From assembly GCF_009914755.1 (NCBI RefSeq), contig NC_060938.1: 64,000 nt of DNA. One strand, written 5' to 3'. The DNA is from the human T2T-CHM13v2.0 reference genome, Homo sapiens. Below the pieces are notes generated by a model. The model did no database searches, was not told the origin of the DNA, and was given only the letters and a program-made list of their open reading frames with translations. The stretch's first letter is position 1. The number at the start of each line of letters is the position of its first letter. Both the position numbers and the translations under genes were made by a program. Of this stretch, positions 42,858 to 57,116 are shown one piece after another.

Positions 42858-45800
42858 CCCAAAATGAACATCATAAATTAACCTAACCCCTAATATCAAG
42901 TTCAGGGCCAGATGCAAGAAAATTAAGGGTCATTGATAGAAGGAAATAACTAGTGAATGAGTAAATTATCTACTTGATGGAGTTGTTTCATGTTTCAATT
43001 TATTAAGGAAGAGTAACTATCAATTGAGAGATTTTAGTTTTGCTATGCTTTAGTCATAATGCTCTTCCTGGAAATTATTAGTCAGTAGGTTCATTTGCTT
43101 CTGTTAAAAAAAAATAAGCCAAATCCTCAATAAAAACTTGCCTTCCTTTTTGCTCTACTGGAAGGCATGGATCCTATTTTTTGCATAACGGGGACAAGTT
43201 ATTTAAATATATGTTGGAAAGAAGAGATAGAGAACTTAAACACAACCCTATTTCCTACAATTTAGGGCTGGAGTTTTAATTAACACAAAACTTTGACAGT
43301 GGTGCCATAACAAACATAGAAGAAGCATTAATGGCCAGTGATCTGGAAACAGATTATATAGTTTGGTCCCTTGCTTATGGAGTAAGATAGATGAGGACAT
43401 TGATATGCACTCTAAGAGGACTTTCATTTCTCTTAGCTATTTTTTTATGAAATAAAAGAGAACAGAGCAAGTATGGAATTCACACCACAACTTCTTTGTT
43501 CCTCATACAAGGTACTAGACCGAAAAACTTGACCCTATAATTTGAGAAGTCAGAGCTGTCCAATAGACTAGTGGTCTATAATTTGAGAGATAAATGGTTC
43601 CCCTTTCCCGTCAAAGGGAACAGTAAACCTCCAATTATATGAAGAACCTCAGCCTAAGGCTCCATGTTTTAGAGGAGTCCATCTTCTATATATTTCAGTA
43701 GCCAGCGGCTCAGAACCTTGGCATATATCACTGACAAGGACCTAGTCACATGGACACCTATTTCCCCTGCCTCCCTGAGTTCTTAGATTAGCCTAGAGGT
43801 TCCTCTCTACCACTTCTTGCTAATGGCCTGTTATTTAGGGAGACACTTCCACACTATGCCTGATGTTCTAGCCTCATTATTAACAACACTCCTTTTCACT
43901 CTGACAGTGGTCTCAGTTTGAACAATAAGTTATATGCTACCCTCACCTCTGATCAACCCACTATGGAAGTCGCTCTCCCAAGGGTTTTCTATGAACACTG
44001 AACAATTCCTCTATCCTGGTCATCCTAGATTTGAAAATACTTTCAGTATTATAGGCAATCAGTTAAAGAAGAGCAGTTGTTATCGCACACATCAACTCTC
44101 TGTGTGACCAGGAGTAGGCCACTTAAATTTCCTGGGTCTCTGTTTCCTCATATAAAACAAATATTTTAAAGTAAATGATCTTTTTAACAACAAATATCAT
44201 TTTGGCTGACATAAATCCAGGTTTAGCCTTCTACTCTTTTCACCAGTTGACTCTTATGGACCAGACTTCTCTGAGACAAGAAAATCCTGGTCAGTAGGTT
44301 CTATTTAGAGCTTGGGCAAACCAGAAGGAAGGGTCAGATGTCCTCTCATAGACTACTCAAAGCATCTCTTGAAGTCTAATAAACTCAACCATCGTGAGTG
44401 GCTGAGCTCACCCCTGGAGCTGCTGTGGATTCTTTATCCCTATTTGTAGGTTTAAACAAGTCTGTTCCAGAGATACTCAGACCAGCTTGAGGGAAACAGA
44501 GCCACTAAACTGCTGTGTACAAAAAACTTGGGCCTCTCATCCCAGGTTGTCCCTAAGTATCATGTTTGAGAACAACAGTGTTCTCTTCAACTCTCTGGAA
44601 GACTTACTTCTCACTTCTGAGAAATATGGGCACATAAATAGACATACATCATGATTTTTTATTCTATAGAAATAGGTAGGTACATCTCTTAAGCAATGCA
44701 CCACATTTACAAACACTCATTTGTACTCTGCCTCTTCCAAAAAGAATTCGAGTTGGTTTTTATCTCCTCATTGATAACTACAATCTTGTTAGTTTGCTTA
44801 TTAATTTGCTTTATGCTCCAATAACAGCTACTTAATTAGTAAGTGCAACTACCAGGTCAGAGGTGAAGAAGGAAGTCTGTATCTTGGCAAGCCAAAATCA
44901 CACAGGAGCTGAAGTTATAAGGTATAGATATGAAGGAAGAATCAAGAGAAACAGGGGAACATGCTCTGTAGAGGAAATGGAACAGTTGATACAGACAAGA
45001 AACTGCAAGGCCTGAAATAAAATAGTCTTTCTAGTTCTCAGTGAGGTTGATGTATTCCTATTGGACTTCATTTGTGTTTTTAATCCACTGTGTCCTTTCA
45101 GTCAACCCTCTTTTCAATGAAAGTCTGAGTTGGTTCCTTGAAACCAAATAATCTATCAAAATCTATAAGATCCCTGTTAGTTAAACTTTTAGTGTCTCTC
45201 CAGTCTAGAATCTAAAAGTAAAAGCTCCAACAGCAAATAGTTGGCACACTCAACTTTGGATAACATTTACAATGGTACTGTTTATAAAGATGTGGGTGAG
45301 ATACAATAGAGCCACAGGGAACAGTGCAATAACCCAAGTTAGTAACTGCAGAGACGTTACCACACCTTTGCCTGAAAGGATAAAGCGAAGTAATACAGTT
45401 GACCCTTGAACAAGATGTTTGAACTGAGTTCCATTTATATACAAATATTTCGGAGATTTGTAACAATTTGAAAAACAGACAAACCACTGAGACTAGAAAT
45501 AGGGAAAAAATAAAGAAAAAGTGAGGTATGTCATGAATATAAAAAATATATGTAGATACTATAGATACTAGCCTATTTCGTCATTTACTACCATAAAATA
45601 TACACAAGTCTATTATAAAAAGTTAAAATTTATCAAAACGTACACATTTACAGACCACACATGGCTCCATTCCCAGTTGAGAAATGTAAACAAACATAAA
45701 AATGCAGCATTAATCGTAACCGCTAACTGCATCAAATTAACTGTAGTACATACTGTACTACTGTCATCATTTTATAGCCATCTCCTGTTGCCGTTGTGGT

Positions 45801-45967
45801 GAGCTCAACTGTTGCAGGTATCCACTTAAAACGCGTGTGTTGCTAATCGTCTCCAAGTAAGCAGTTTATCTCTCTACTAGATTTCTTATTGTTGTAAAAA
45901 GTGATCTTGCGGTTCTCCTGTGTCTTTCATCCTGTTTAGTGCAATACTGTAAACCTTGAATAACACC

Positions 45968-46425
<458 letters not shown>

Positions 46426-47049
46426 GATGTCCATCTTGAAAACAGGCAACATAACAAACTTACATATCAATGAATACAGTTCAGTACTATAAATGTTTTT
46501 TCCCTTATGATTTTCTTAACATTTTCTTTTCTCTGGCTTACTTGCAATATGTAATCCGTACAAAATATGTGTTAATCGACTGTTTATGTTATTGGTAAGG
46601 CTTCCGGTCAACAGTGGACTATTCATGGTTAAGTTCTGGGGGAGTCAAAAGTTATACATGGATTTTTGACCGCATGGGGCTCAGCTCTTCTAACCCCTGC
46701 ATTGTTCAAGGCTCAACTGTGGTTACTGGGACTCAGAAGGAAAGGGTCCTGTGCAGAGATATATATACTACCTTGACAGGCGCAGTGACTGAAGTCAAGG
46801 ACCACAGCTTCACGAGGCAGCATCACAGGGAGGAAGTCAGGGGAATATAACCTGACCTCAGTCCCCTGCCTTCAGTGTCCTCCTGGGGCTTCTCATTGGC
46901 TGAGTCCCTCCAGAAGCTAGTGTGCAAGGAAACCTCTCCATGTTGTCCTGCAGCTCAGCTTCCCAGGGCAGAGAGCAGGGTAGAGAAGTCTCCCACATTT
47001 GGATTTATCTGGATACATTTCTGACTGCAACTTCCCAAGAAAGTGGTTA

Positions 47050-47620
47050 AATTTCCTGTGCTCACAGCCTAGGGAGAGAAGGGACTGTCTTTCAGGAAGA
47101 TGAGGCGCAGGCCCTGCCTCGCCAAAGGCAAATACACCAGACGGCCATAGCATCCAGCAGGAGCAAGGAGGGGCAACATCTCTCCCGCCTGCCTCCCACC
47201 TGTGTCAGCCTGGGAGGAGAAGCTTTCCCGAAAAAGGGCGCAATGGGCAGTAATGAGATGTGGCAGCCGAGTGTGAAATCCTGCCACTGGCCAGCGGCAA
47301 CTGGAAACAAGGCCGAAAATAGCTCAGGCAGAATCCCAGCTTCAGGACAGGGATGGAAACACTTTTACCAAGAGGCTTTCTTTAAAGCCATGTAGAGCAC
47401 TTGTGGAAATGGTATTGTGGCGTTATTTTTATTCCAAACACCCATTCCCAAGGGAACCCTGAGCCACAATGCCCTTCTCTGTTGCTGAAGAAAAGGGACT
47501 ATGCTGGCAGGGCTGAGAAAGCTGTGTGAAGAGGCATTGGCAGGTGGCACCTTAGAAGGACCCGGGTGCGGGACACATCTGCAGGTGCAAGTGAAGACAA
47601 AATGCTGGCTTGTTCTCAAA
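47050..47620. promoter_or_regulatory. Candidate GC-rich regulatory element
   Basis: 12 CpGs within 47105-47571 in non-repeat DNA; partial CTCF-like GGCAGGTGGCAC at ~47539. Confidence 0.3.
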
Positions 47621-48009
47621 ACTACTTGTGTTTCTCCTTGTGGAGAATAAAAATATCCCCTTTCAATTTTATCACCAGAACTGGATGAAGGAGATCATTA
47701 TGTTTCCAGTTCTCAAATCATTTCTATGAAACCTAGTGTGGCTGCCTAATAATTGAGTTCCCCAAGGAATGAATGCATTTTTTTCACCTTCTCTACAAAC
47801 CTCTCACAAGCCTGTCTCCTAAAATCATGAAAATTTTCATTAAATATTAATATTCATGTTATTTTTATTGCAAAAAAAAGTATCAAAATCCTCAAACATG
47901 CTCACCAATTCCAGAGCATAAATTCTGGATCAATATCATTCAATAGAATGGTGATGGGTTTCTTCTATATGCTAAGCACTCAGAATACCAAGATGAGTTT
48001 ATTCATCTT

Positions 48010-48770
48010 TTTAAAAATAAATTTTCTTGTGTACATTTGAGGTTTATAACATGATGTTATGGTACACATAGACAGGAAAGTGGTTTCTGTGATAAAGCAG
48101 ATTAACATATCTATCATCTCACAGAGTTGCTTTTGTGTGTGTGTGACAAGAGCAGCCAAAATACACTTATTTAACAAAAATCCCTAATACAAGCTTTTTG
48201 TTTGTTTGTTTGTTGAGAAAGAGTCTCACTCCATCGCCCAGGCTGGAGTGCAATAGTGCGATCTTAGCTCACTGCAACCTCACCTCCCGGGTTCAAATGA
48301 TTCTTGTGCCTCAGCCTCTCAAGTAGGTGGGATTACAGCCCAGCTAATTTTTGTATTTTTAGTGGAGACTGGGTTTCACCATGTTGGGCAGGCTGGTCTC
48401 GATCTCCTGGCCTCAAGTATCCACCCACCTCGGCCTCCCAAAGTGCTGGGTGAGCCCCGCACCTGACCCCTAATGTAAGTTTTATTGACTATAGTCCTCA
48501 TGTTATACATTAGATTTCTAGATTTGTTTATATCTGCTACTTTATATCCTTTGACCCATATCACTGCATTTCCTCTCCTCCCCTTGCCCATAGTAACCAC
48601 TATTTTACTCACTGTTTCTGTATATAAGACCTCTTTTTAAAACTAATCCACATATACGTGAGATCATGCAATATTTTTCTTTCTGTGTCTGGCATATTTC
48701 ACTCAGCATGTCCTCCACACCCATCCACACCCATTCTTCTTTTTTTCTTTTCTTTAAGGCTGAATAAAAT
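48010..48770 (-). mobile_element. L1MA 3' end split by an Alu
   Basis: tgtgtacatttgaggtttataacatgatg...ttattgactatagtcctcatgttatacattagatttctaga...gtgagatcatgcaatattt. Confidence 0.85.
48195..48468 (-). mobile_element. AluS with internal deletions
   Basis: Antisense Alu; TSD ccctaatacaag / ccctaatgtaag. Confidence 0.93.
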
Positions 48771-49539
48771 GAGTTTAATATGGCCTGGCTTTCAAAGAAA
48801 TGGATACATAAACAAAGAATTACAATATGATGTAATAAAATAAAACTTTATATTTTATAAACAGTAAGATCGTTGCATAAGAAAGGGAATGATCAAAATG
48901 TAAGTGGGCAAAAAGGCTTCCTGGAGTAAATGGAATACGAATTTGGCTTTATGAGATGAATAGGAGTTTGTGAGGTGGCTATGTGTGGGAAGGGCATTCC
49001 AAGCAAAGGGAACAAGACGTGCAAAGGCAAAGACACACAAATGACTACCATGTGTCCTAGGCACTAAATGTGAGTCAGCACTGCTGAAGCAAAACGTGCT
49101 CTAGGAGGCAGCTGGAGAGGAAGGCAGGGCAGCAGTCAGTGGAGCACGATGCATGGAGGTGTGTTCCAAGTAACCTAACAGCAGGAGCAGACTGAAGATG
49201 ATTTCTTTTCTGTTTTTATTTTGTTTAAATTAAATTAGAGTATCTATCCCTGTAAAAGTTTCATCAGTTCCATTCTCATATGAATTCTTGAGTGGGAGGG
49301 ACAGAGGCATTGACTTCATCATGCTATGAGTTGAGCATCACCTGTGTCCCCCGAGGGAAGTGTGTCATACAAGTGAACAGTCTTTCATGGCATCATGGCA
49401 AGGAAAGGGAGTGCTGCCTACGGGTTGCAGAGAGACAAGGGGTTTAAAGCGGGAGTATATGTTGGTCAGATTCACGTTTAGCAAGATCCCCCTGATAGCA
49501 CTGTGATGAACTGTTTGTATTGGATGGTGGGAGGCATAA

Positions 49540-49996
49540 TGGGTTAGTATTTTAGGGCTTCTAAACAAATTGCCACAAACTAAGAGGCTTAAAACAACAG
49601 AAAAATTATTTTCTCATCATTATAGAGACCAGAAGTCTGAAATCAAGGTATCATCACACTCCTCCTGGAGGCTACAGGGGAGAATCCTTCCTTGCCTTTT
49701 CAAGCCTCTGGTGGCTATTGCCAGTCCTTGGCTTCCTTGGCTCGTGGCCACATCCATTCATTCTCTGACTCCATCTTCATATTGCCTTCTCCTCTGTGTG
49801 TTTGTTGTGTCCTCTTCTGTCTCTTAGAGGGACACTTGGGACTGGAGTTAAGGCCCACTGGGGAATCCAGGAAGATCTCATCTCAAGATCCTTAATTACA
49901 TCTGCAGAGACTTTTTCCAAGTAAGGTAGCATTCACAGTTTCCAGGGATTTGGACATGGATATATCTGTGTGGGGACCACCATTCAACCCATCACA
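49540..49996 (-). mobile_element. MaLR LTR (MLT1B/C-like) within L2
   Basis: acaaattgccacaaactaagaggcttaaaacaacaga...cagaagtctgaaatcaagg...ggggaccaccattcaacccatcaca. Confidence 0.85.
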
Positions 49997-50371
49997 CAGA
50001 AGAATCTTATTTCTGAACCTATGATCAGCAAACCAACTGCATTAGGATCTCATGGAGTGCTGCACTTTATGAGTTGCACACTACTAGACCGGAGATGCGG
50101 ACTCAGGAGGTGTCAGCCAGCCACCATGAGGACAACCTTGTGATGAGCGTGGGAACTAGAATTAGAATGATCAGGAGTCACTAGTGACTTGAAAGTAGAG
50201 ATGAGGAGGATGAGGTTGAACATAATGACTTCTGGGTGTCATCACGGGACAACTTACTGAGATGAGAATGCAGGGAGAAAGCATAGTATCCTAGGAATCT
50301 CAACAGTTGGAAAGACTAGTGAGATCATCCTGTCTAGCCCTTACACATGATTCAGGATTTCCCTTTTTGGT

Positions 50372-50453
50372 ATCCTTTACAAATGATCATGCAACTTTGA
50401 TTTAAGCAACTGACTTTACTGAAACCAAAGTTGCATGATCATTTGTAAAGGAT
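50372..50453. repeat. Perfect 28-bp inverted repeat with 26-nt spacer
   Basis: ATCCTTTACAAATGATCATGCAACTTTG (50372-50399) / CAAAGTTGCATGATCATTTGTAAAGGAT (50426-50453). Confidence 0.97.
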
Positions 50454-50752
50454 TTGTCTGACTGTCTTGTCTGTTTCCTTCACCAGCTTATAAACTGAAT
50501 GAGAAAAGAGGCCACGTTTGTTGGGTTCACAGTTATTTCCCCAGAACCTGATAGAGTACCTGTAAGCATGAAGGTTCTCAATATGTATTTTTTGGGGGGA
50601 CTTTTGGTGGTGGTGGCTGTTGTTAAAACTACTTTATTGAGATATGATTGTCATACAAAAAGCTTACATATTTAATGTACACAGTTTGATGAGTTTGGAG
50701 ATGTGTTCACCCATGTAAATATGTGTTTTTGAATGAATGGGTGAATGAATGA
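50454..50752 (+). mobile_element. L2 3' end with an antisense L1M 3' tip inserted (~50625-50720)
   Basis: gtctgtttccttcaccag...gttcacagttatttccccagaacctg...ctcaatatgtattt; resumes gaatgaatgggtgaatgaatg. Confidence 0.7.
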
Positions 50753-53151
50753 GCAACTTTGGTGACAGGAAGATGTAGAAACTAGGTAAGAATTAGAATG
50801 GTTAACAAGAGTTATTCCAGTGGTTACTCTTCCATTTGGGGCAGCTCTAATTTCATGTTCCTCTTTATACAGTTGCTTATTTTGTTCCCTAGGTCACTCA
50901 GAGTGAGTCTAGCCCTTCCTCTATGTGAAAATTTATTTCAAATACAAAGAGAACTGTTGGGCTCCCTAAGTCTCCTCCTCTCTGGCTAAGTATCTTCATT
51001 TACTTTAACCACATGGCCTGTTTTAGTCCTGTTTTAGAAATGCATCACAGTTCTAGTTGTTCTCCTTTCATTCACTCAACAAATATTTATGAGCATCCAC
51101 TGAGTGCTCTGTACCAGGGCTCTGCATGCAGTAGGGGGAAAAAAGAGACATGCACTTGCCTTCCACCTCATCAGTGTTCCTCTGAAGTTATTAAACATAG
51201 CAATCCCCAGAACTAAGAAAAGCAGATGCCCCTTCCTTTGTACTGGGTATGTTCTCTTTTACTACTACAGTATATCTAAATAAGAGATACTGGTTCTTCC
51301 ACTTGCTTTTTTGCAGTACTAGATGTGGTATTTCTTGTTGTTTGTACAGCCATGGACCATGAATTAAGTGTGACTTTTCTTTTGGGTACAAGAGCATATA
51401 TACATAGAAGGATATAGATGGTATGCACAACACAACCATCTACATTCATCCATCCCTTACAAATAGAATAAGTGTTTGCACTCTTTGATAAAGAATGCAA
51501 TGCTCAGAAAAGCGCCCCAGCATCTAGAGGAGCAGGGTGTTTTTCAGGCATCTGTGAGAAACAGATGCTCTGTCAAGCCAGGGACAGGGGCTCAGGTTAC
51601 ATCCTGTGTTCAGTGAAGCACATCAGAATCATTTGCCTAGTACAGCCTCAAGTAATTGTTTTATTTCTTATTCTTCTATTATTTTATGCATTTTTTCTAC
51701 TTTTAATAATGAAATAAACCCATAATAAAACAAAAATAATTCAACAAAACTGATGGGATTTTTTTTTTTCATTGCAAATGTCTGTTTAACTAATTTGTTC
51801 ACTAATGGAGGCTCCCAAGCTTCAGAAAAGATATTCTCCTTTAAGGGAACACAGATGTTTGACTTAAAATTCCATATTTGTGACATTTCAATATTGGTAT
51901 CCTCATTTTTTTTTACTAATGAAATTGTAAGAAAACAAAATCTGCTTGTCCTACAGCAATTTGGCTGTGATTCAAAAACTTTTTATTAAAATGAAGTAAT
52001 ATGTTCTGCAAATCTAATTGCAGAGGAATTAGACACACTAAACCAAATAGTCATCTGTGATACAAAATGAAATAAACTAGAGAAAAACCATTTCAGGAAA
52101 TAGACAGTAGAAAGAGGTTCTAAGGAATGGCTGTCTGCTTCTATTGTGATCATTTCTGTGTTCAGTTTTGATGTTTTTTAATGAAATATTTTAACCTTAG
52201 ACCTCATTTTCTTTATTTTCCTTTTTGCCCTGTCTTATGGTATGATCAGACCTCATTTTTAAATGACACATTTATTTCACTAACATTGTACTTATGTAGT
52301 TGAAGTGAATGGATTAGGATCATTGACCAACTTAATTGTATATAAATGCAAATGACAATATATCTGTTGGAGTTATAATAATGGTTAGAAAATAGGGAAG
52401 AATGACAAGAGAAGTTTAGTGGAAGGTGGGTATGGACATAACGAGAGTGCATGGGTAAAACTAGCCAAAATTGTTTGGCTGCTTTAATTTGCCTCAGTCT
52501 TCAACTTTAAATAAGAAGATTTAATCAATTAGATTACTTGCAGTATAACTATTTCAATTCTCCAAACACCATTAGGTTATCTGTTCTTCGGGCCAAATTC
52601 AATGCCACGTACAAGGTAAATGCTGAATATTTGCAGAATGAATGAATGAACTAATGGACAAATAAATGCCACACTTCTTCCTTTTTTTTTGTCTTGATAG
52701 GAGTGTAGGTCAGTAAAGACCTCAAAGTTCTGATGCCTGTAATCGAGATACAAACATTTGACTCAACTAATAGAGAACTATCTTTTGCATTAGAGTTATA
52801 AACAGAACACTAGATGAATTTTCATATTATTCTTCTCTAGTAAAGGCATTAGGTCACAATTAGCATTTACTTGAAATGTTTGTATATTTAAATTTCTCTA
52901 TATATTTATATTATTAAATTGTTGTGACTAGAATGTAGTTTTATTTATAAATGGTTTCCAAACTATACTCTAGCCATGATCAGTTGGATAATTCAGTGTT
53001 TTTATAACTGATACCAATCATTGCAAGTTATTTGAAATCCTGATGATCCTCACGGATAGCTCTAGTCACGTCCCACACATACTTCTAGCCCAAGATGAAC
53101 AGGTTGCAACAAAGATGTGTTTGTGCACGCATGTATGTGTATATGTGTGTG

Positions 53152-53153
<2 letters not shown>

Positions 53154-53189
<36 letters not shown>
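53154..53189 (+). repeat. (TG)18 microsatellite with degenerate 5' flank
   Basis: Read directly. Confidence 0.96.
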
Positions 53190-53193
<4 letters not shown>

Positions 53194-55711
53194 CATTGTG
53201 GATATTTTGTGTTTGCTTATTTTGTAAACACAATATTAATCTTTGCTTGTCAGTCCTTGAGGATTTTTGCACTTTCACTGTTTATATAAGCAACCAAATG
53301 AAAATAAAAAGTCAACTTGACCCTATAGAATAGGCTGTGGTGTATTCTGAAATAACATTCTTCTTCAAACTTTCTCATTAATTGCCAGCCTGCTCAGCGA
53401 CTGCCAGAATATGATTAACCTTCTTAGATCAGTTCCCACTGTTGTGCAATGCATTCTAAAATATAGCAGCAAATGAATATATGATGTCACAGAGACAAAA
53501 ATTCTGCAGGTAAAAACTAGCATAAAGCAGATAAGCATTCTCTGGCTGGGATACAGAGTTTTCAAACCTCTTAAACCTTAAAACCTTACTCTGAAAACAC
53601 TACATACCAGATGTAAACTGCCCAAACTTGTTTTTGAACGGATTCATTTTATGTCCATAGAATTTAATGCACAGATTCATGTTCATGCAGTTCAATTCAT
53701 AGATTTTTAAACTGTTTCAGTACTTAGCCCATTGATTGATCTAAGAGCCTAGATATTAAAATGAAGTCTGTTGTTCTTTTTATTCATTAAAGACAAGAAA
53801 AGACTATTTCTGTCAATGGTTATTGGATTATCCTACTTGACTATAAACAGATCCCTCCCCTACCATGCATGTGCACAAAAATTACCAGAGCCTTTCCTAA
53901 ATTGATTGTGAGGTCAATTGCTTTGATGTCACTGAGGCTCCCATATTGTCCGAGGTTGCAGGGAAAAGAGGTTGGGGGAATAATCTCATTTCTAGGGGAA
54001 GAAGCATAGGAATAAGAATCAAAAGATTCACATTCTAATCTTGGCCCAGCCTCCAAACAGCAGTGTGACGTGGTCCAAGAAGTGGCGCTGCCCTAAACAC
54101 TCATTACATCTTCACAGCATGAACAGGTACATTTAGATAGGTGCTGCAGTATCCCCTTTTACAGGTGAAAAGATTTAGATACTTTCCCTGTGTCAGGCCG
54201 TAGGTTAGGATCAGAGCCAGGATTCTGCCTGGAACAGGTTGGCTCCTGTACTGCTATTTTAGAGATATTGTGATAATGCATGTGAAAGAACTTTGAAAAA
54301 TATAAAGAATGATTATTCTTACACAGTAGGGTCACTCAATAGATGTATTTACGTACTGAAAATTGGAATGAGGGTGGAAGAAATAGTGAAATAACTGACG
54401 GTGTTGGCTGTCGATGATCGTAGGGGTAGTCACCACCTGATTTTGAGGAGTGGCACATGCTAGCTAAGTAGGCCAGAGAAGCTAAACACAGTCTTACCAT
54501 ATGATTCAGCATTTGAACTTTTAGGTGTTTACCCAACTGATTTGAGATTTATATCCACATAAAAACCTGCAAACAAATATTTATAGCGGCTGTATTCATA
54601 ATGACCAAAAACTGGGAGCAAATAAGATGTCCTTCAATAGGTGAATGGATAAATAAACTGTGGTACAGTCAGTTGCTGGAATATTATTTGATGATAAAAA
54701 TAAATGAGCTGTTGAATCACAAAAAGACATGAATGAATCTTAAATGCGTAGTTCCAAGTGAAACAATCCGATCTGAAAGGCTACATATTGTATGTTTACA
54801 ATTAGATGACATTCTGGAAAAGGCAAAACTATGGAGACATTAAAAAAATGCATTGATTTCCAGGGGCTCAGGGAGAGGGGAGGAAGGATTAAATAGGTTA
54901 AGCAGGAGGAATTTCTTAGAGTGGTAAAACTGTTCGCATAATACTGTAATTATGGATACATGACAATGCATATATCAAAATCCATGGAACTTTATAGAAC
55001 AAAGAGTAAACATTAGTGTATGCACATTTTAAAGATCATTTAGAAGGTCAAGGGTCCTAGAATGGACTGCAGTGACAAAACAATCTAACTGTACTAAAAA
55101 TCTATAAAGCAACTTCACTGAAGGAAGTGGGAGGAAAAGATGCTGAGCTAAGTGATTTTGGAAATGAGAGGAGTCTGTAAGACTAAAGGCAAAAGAAAAT
55201 GTACATAAAACTGTACTTAATAAAGTTGTTTCCCATAAGGTTTCAAGTTAACAATTCTAATACTGCTCTACATTTATACCAGAATTAGCAATTAAGTAAA
55301 TGCATGGTGGATGGTGGGAGCCAGATTTCTCATGGGGTTCACAGATAAACAATGGGAATAGGCTAGACTGGTCCATGTGGTAATGAATTAGAGTTGGGGC
55401 TATCAGTATGAATTCACTCATGTTTAGCTTAACATAGATACCTATGGTTACATATAGAAATATTTATAGATATTTGTACATATATACAGAGCTTAGTATA
55501 CATATTTCCTTGTTGCGTCAGCTAAGAGAGCCTAGAAAGCAATGACACCCCAGTAGCAAGGAGAACTTCTAGTGCCCAGATTTTGGTTTTAATACTGTTC
55601 TCCAGTAAAAGAAACTAGAGCTCCTTGGAGAAATTGCTGATTGTAAGATTGGGTTAGCATATATACAAGTTGGCCCTGGAGCATCTTGTAGTGCCAGAAA
55701 GTAAGTATCTA

Positions 55712-55720
55712 ACACACACA

Positions 55721-55757
<37 letters not shown>
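55712..55757 (+). repeat. (CA)n microsatellite inside L1
   Basis: Read directly; one GA interruption. Confidence 0.95.
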
Positions 55758-55762
<5 letters not shown>

Positions 55763-56418
55763 TATAAGAGGATCTCAAAGGGATACAGGAGCCAACTTCA
55801 ACAGGAGCTCCTCATGGCCAAACCTGAAACAATGTGAACCACAAAATAATGCAGTATTAGACTATAAGCAAAAGTATAAAATAACTATGAGTTCATACTA
55901 TTATAAGTGAATAATCGAATAAATAAATCGTGAAAAAATGACACATCTCCCATGCAGAAGAATTCCAAATAATGTCTTTAGATATTCTACACTCAAAGAG
56001 GTAGAACATAACCCCCTACTCCTTTGATGTGGGCTATATGTAGTGACTTCCTTCCAAAAGGTGCAGCATAGACATGGTTTAACTTTACAGCGAAGAACAT
56101 GACAATAAGCCAAGCAATCAAGATCAATATCAACAGTAAGAAGTCATGTTGATGAAATGTACTCTTGATACAATGCAACAAAAAGCCTCTTTATCTTTGT
56201 GAATTTCTACCCAAAAACCCATAATCCAGTCTAATCGTGCAAAAAAAAAATCAGATAAATACCAATTAAGGAGCAGTCTACAAAATATTTGATGAGTATT
56301 CCTCAAAAACAGGGTAAATCTGAAAAATCATCACAGCCAAGAGGAGCCTGAGGAGACAGAACAACTAATGTAATATGGTATCCTGGATGAGATTCTGAAA
56401 TAGAAGAAGGACATGAGG

Positions 56419-57116
<698 letters not shown>

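Noticed and set aside
54345-54450. CpG-containing patch whose reverse complement faintly resembles the 3' end of mitochondrial CYTB (possible NUMT)
   Set aside because: Hand alignment to recalled sequence gave only ~60% identity over ~75 nt with several gaps, which is compatible with chance. BLASTN against primate mtDNA would decide.
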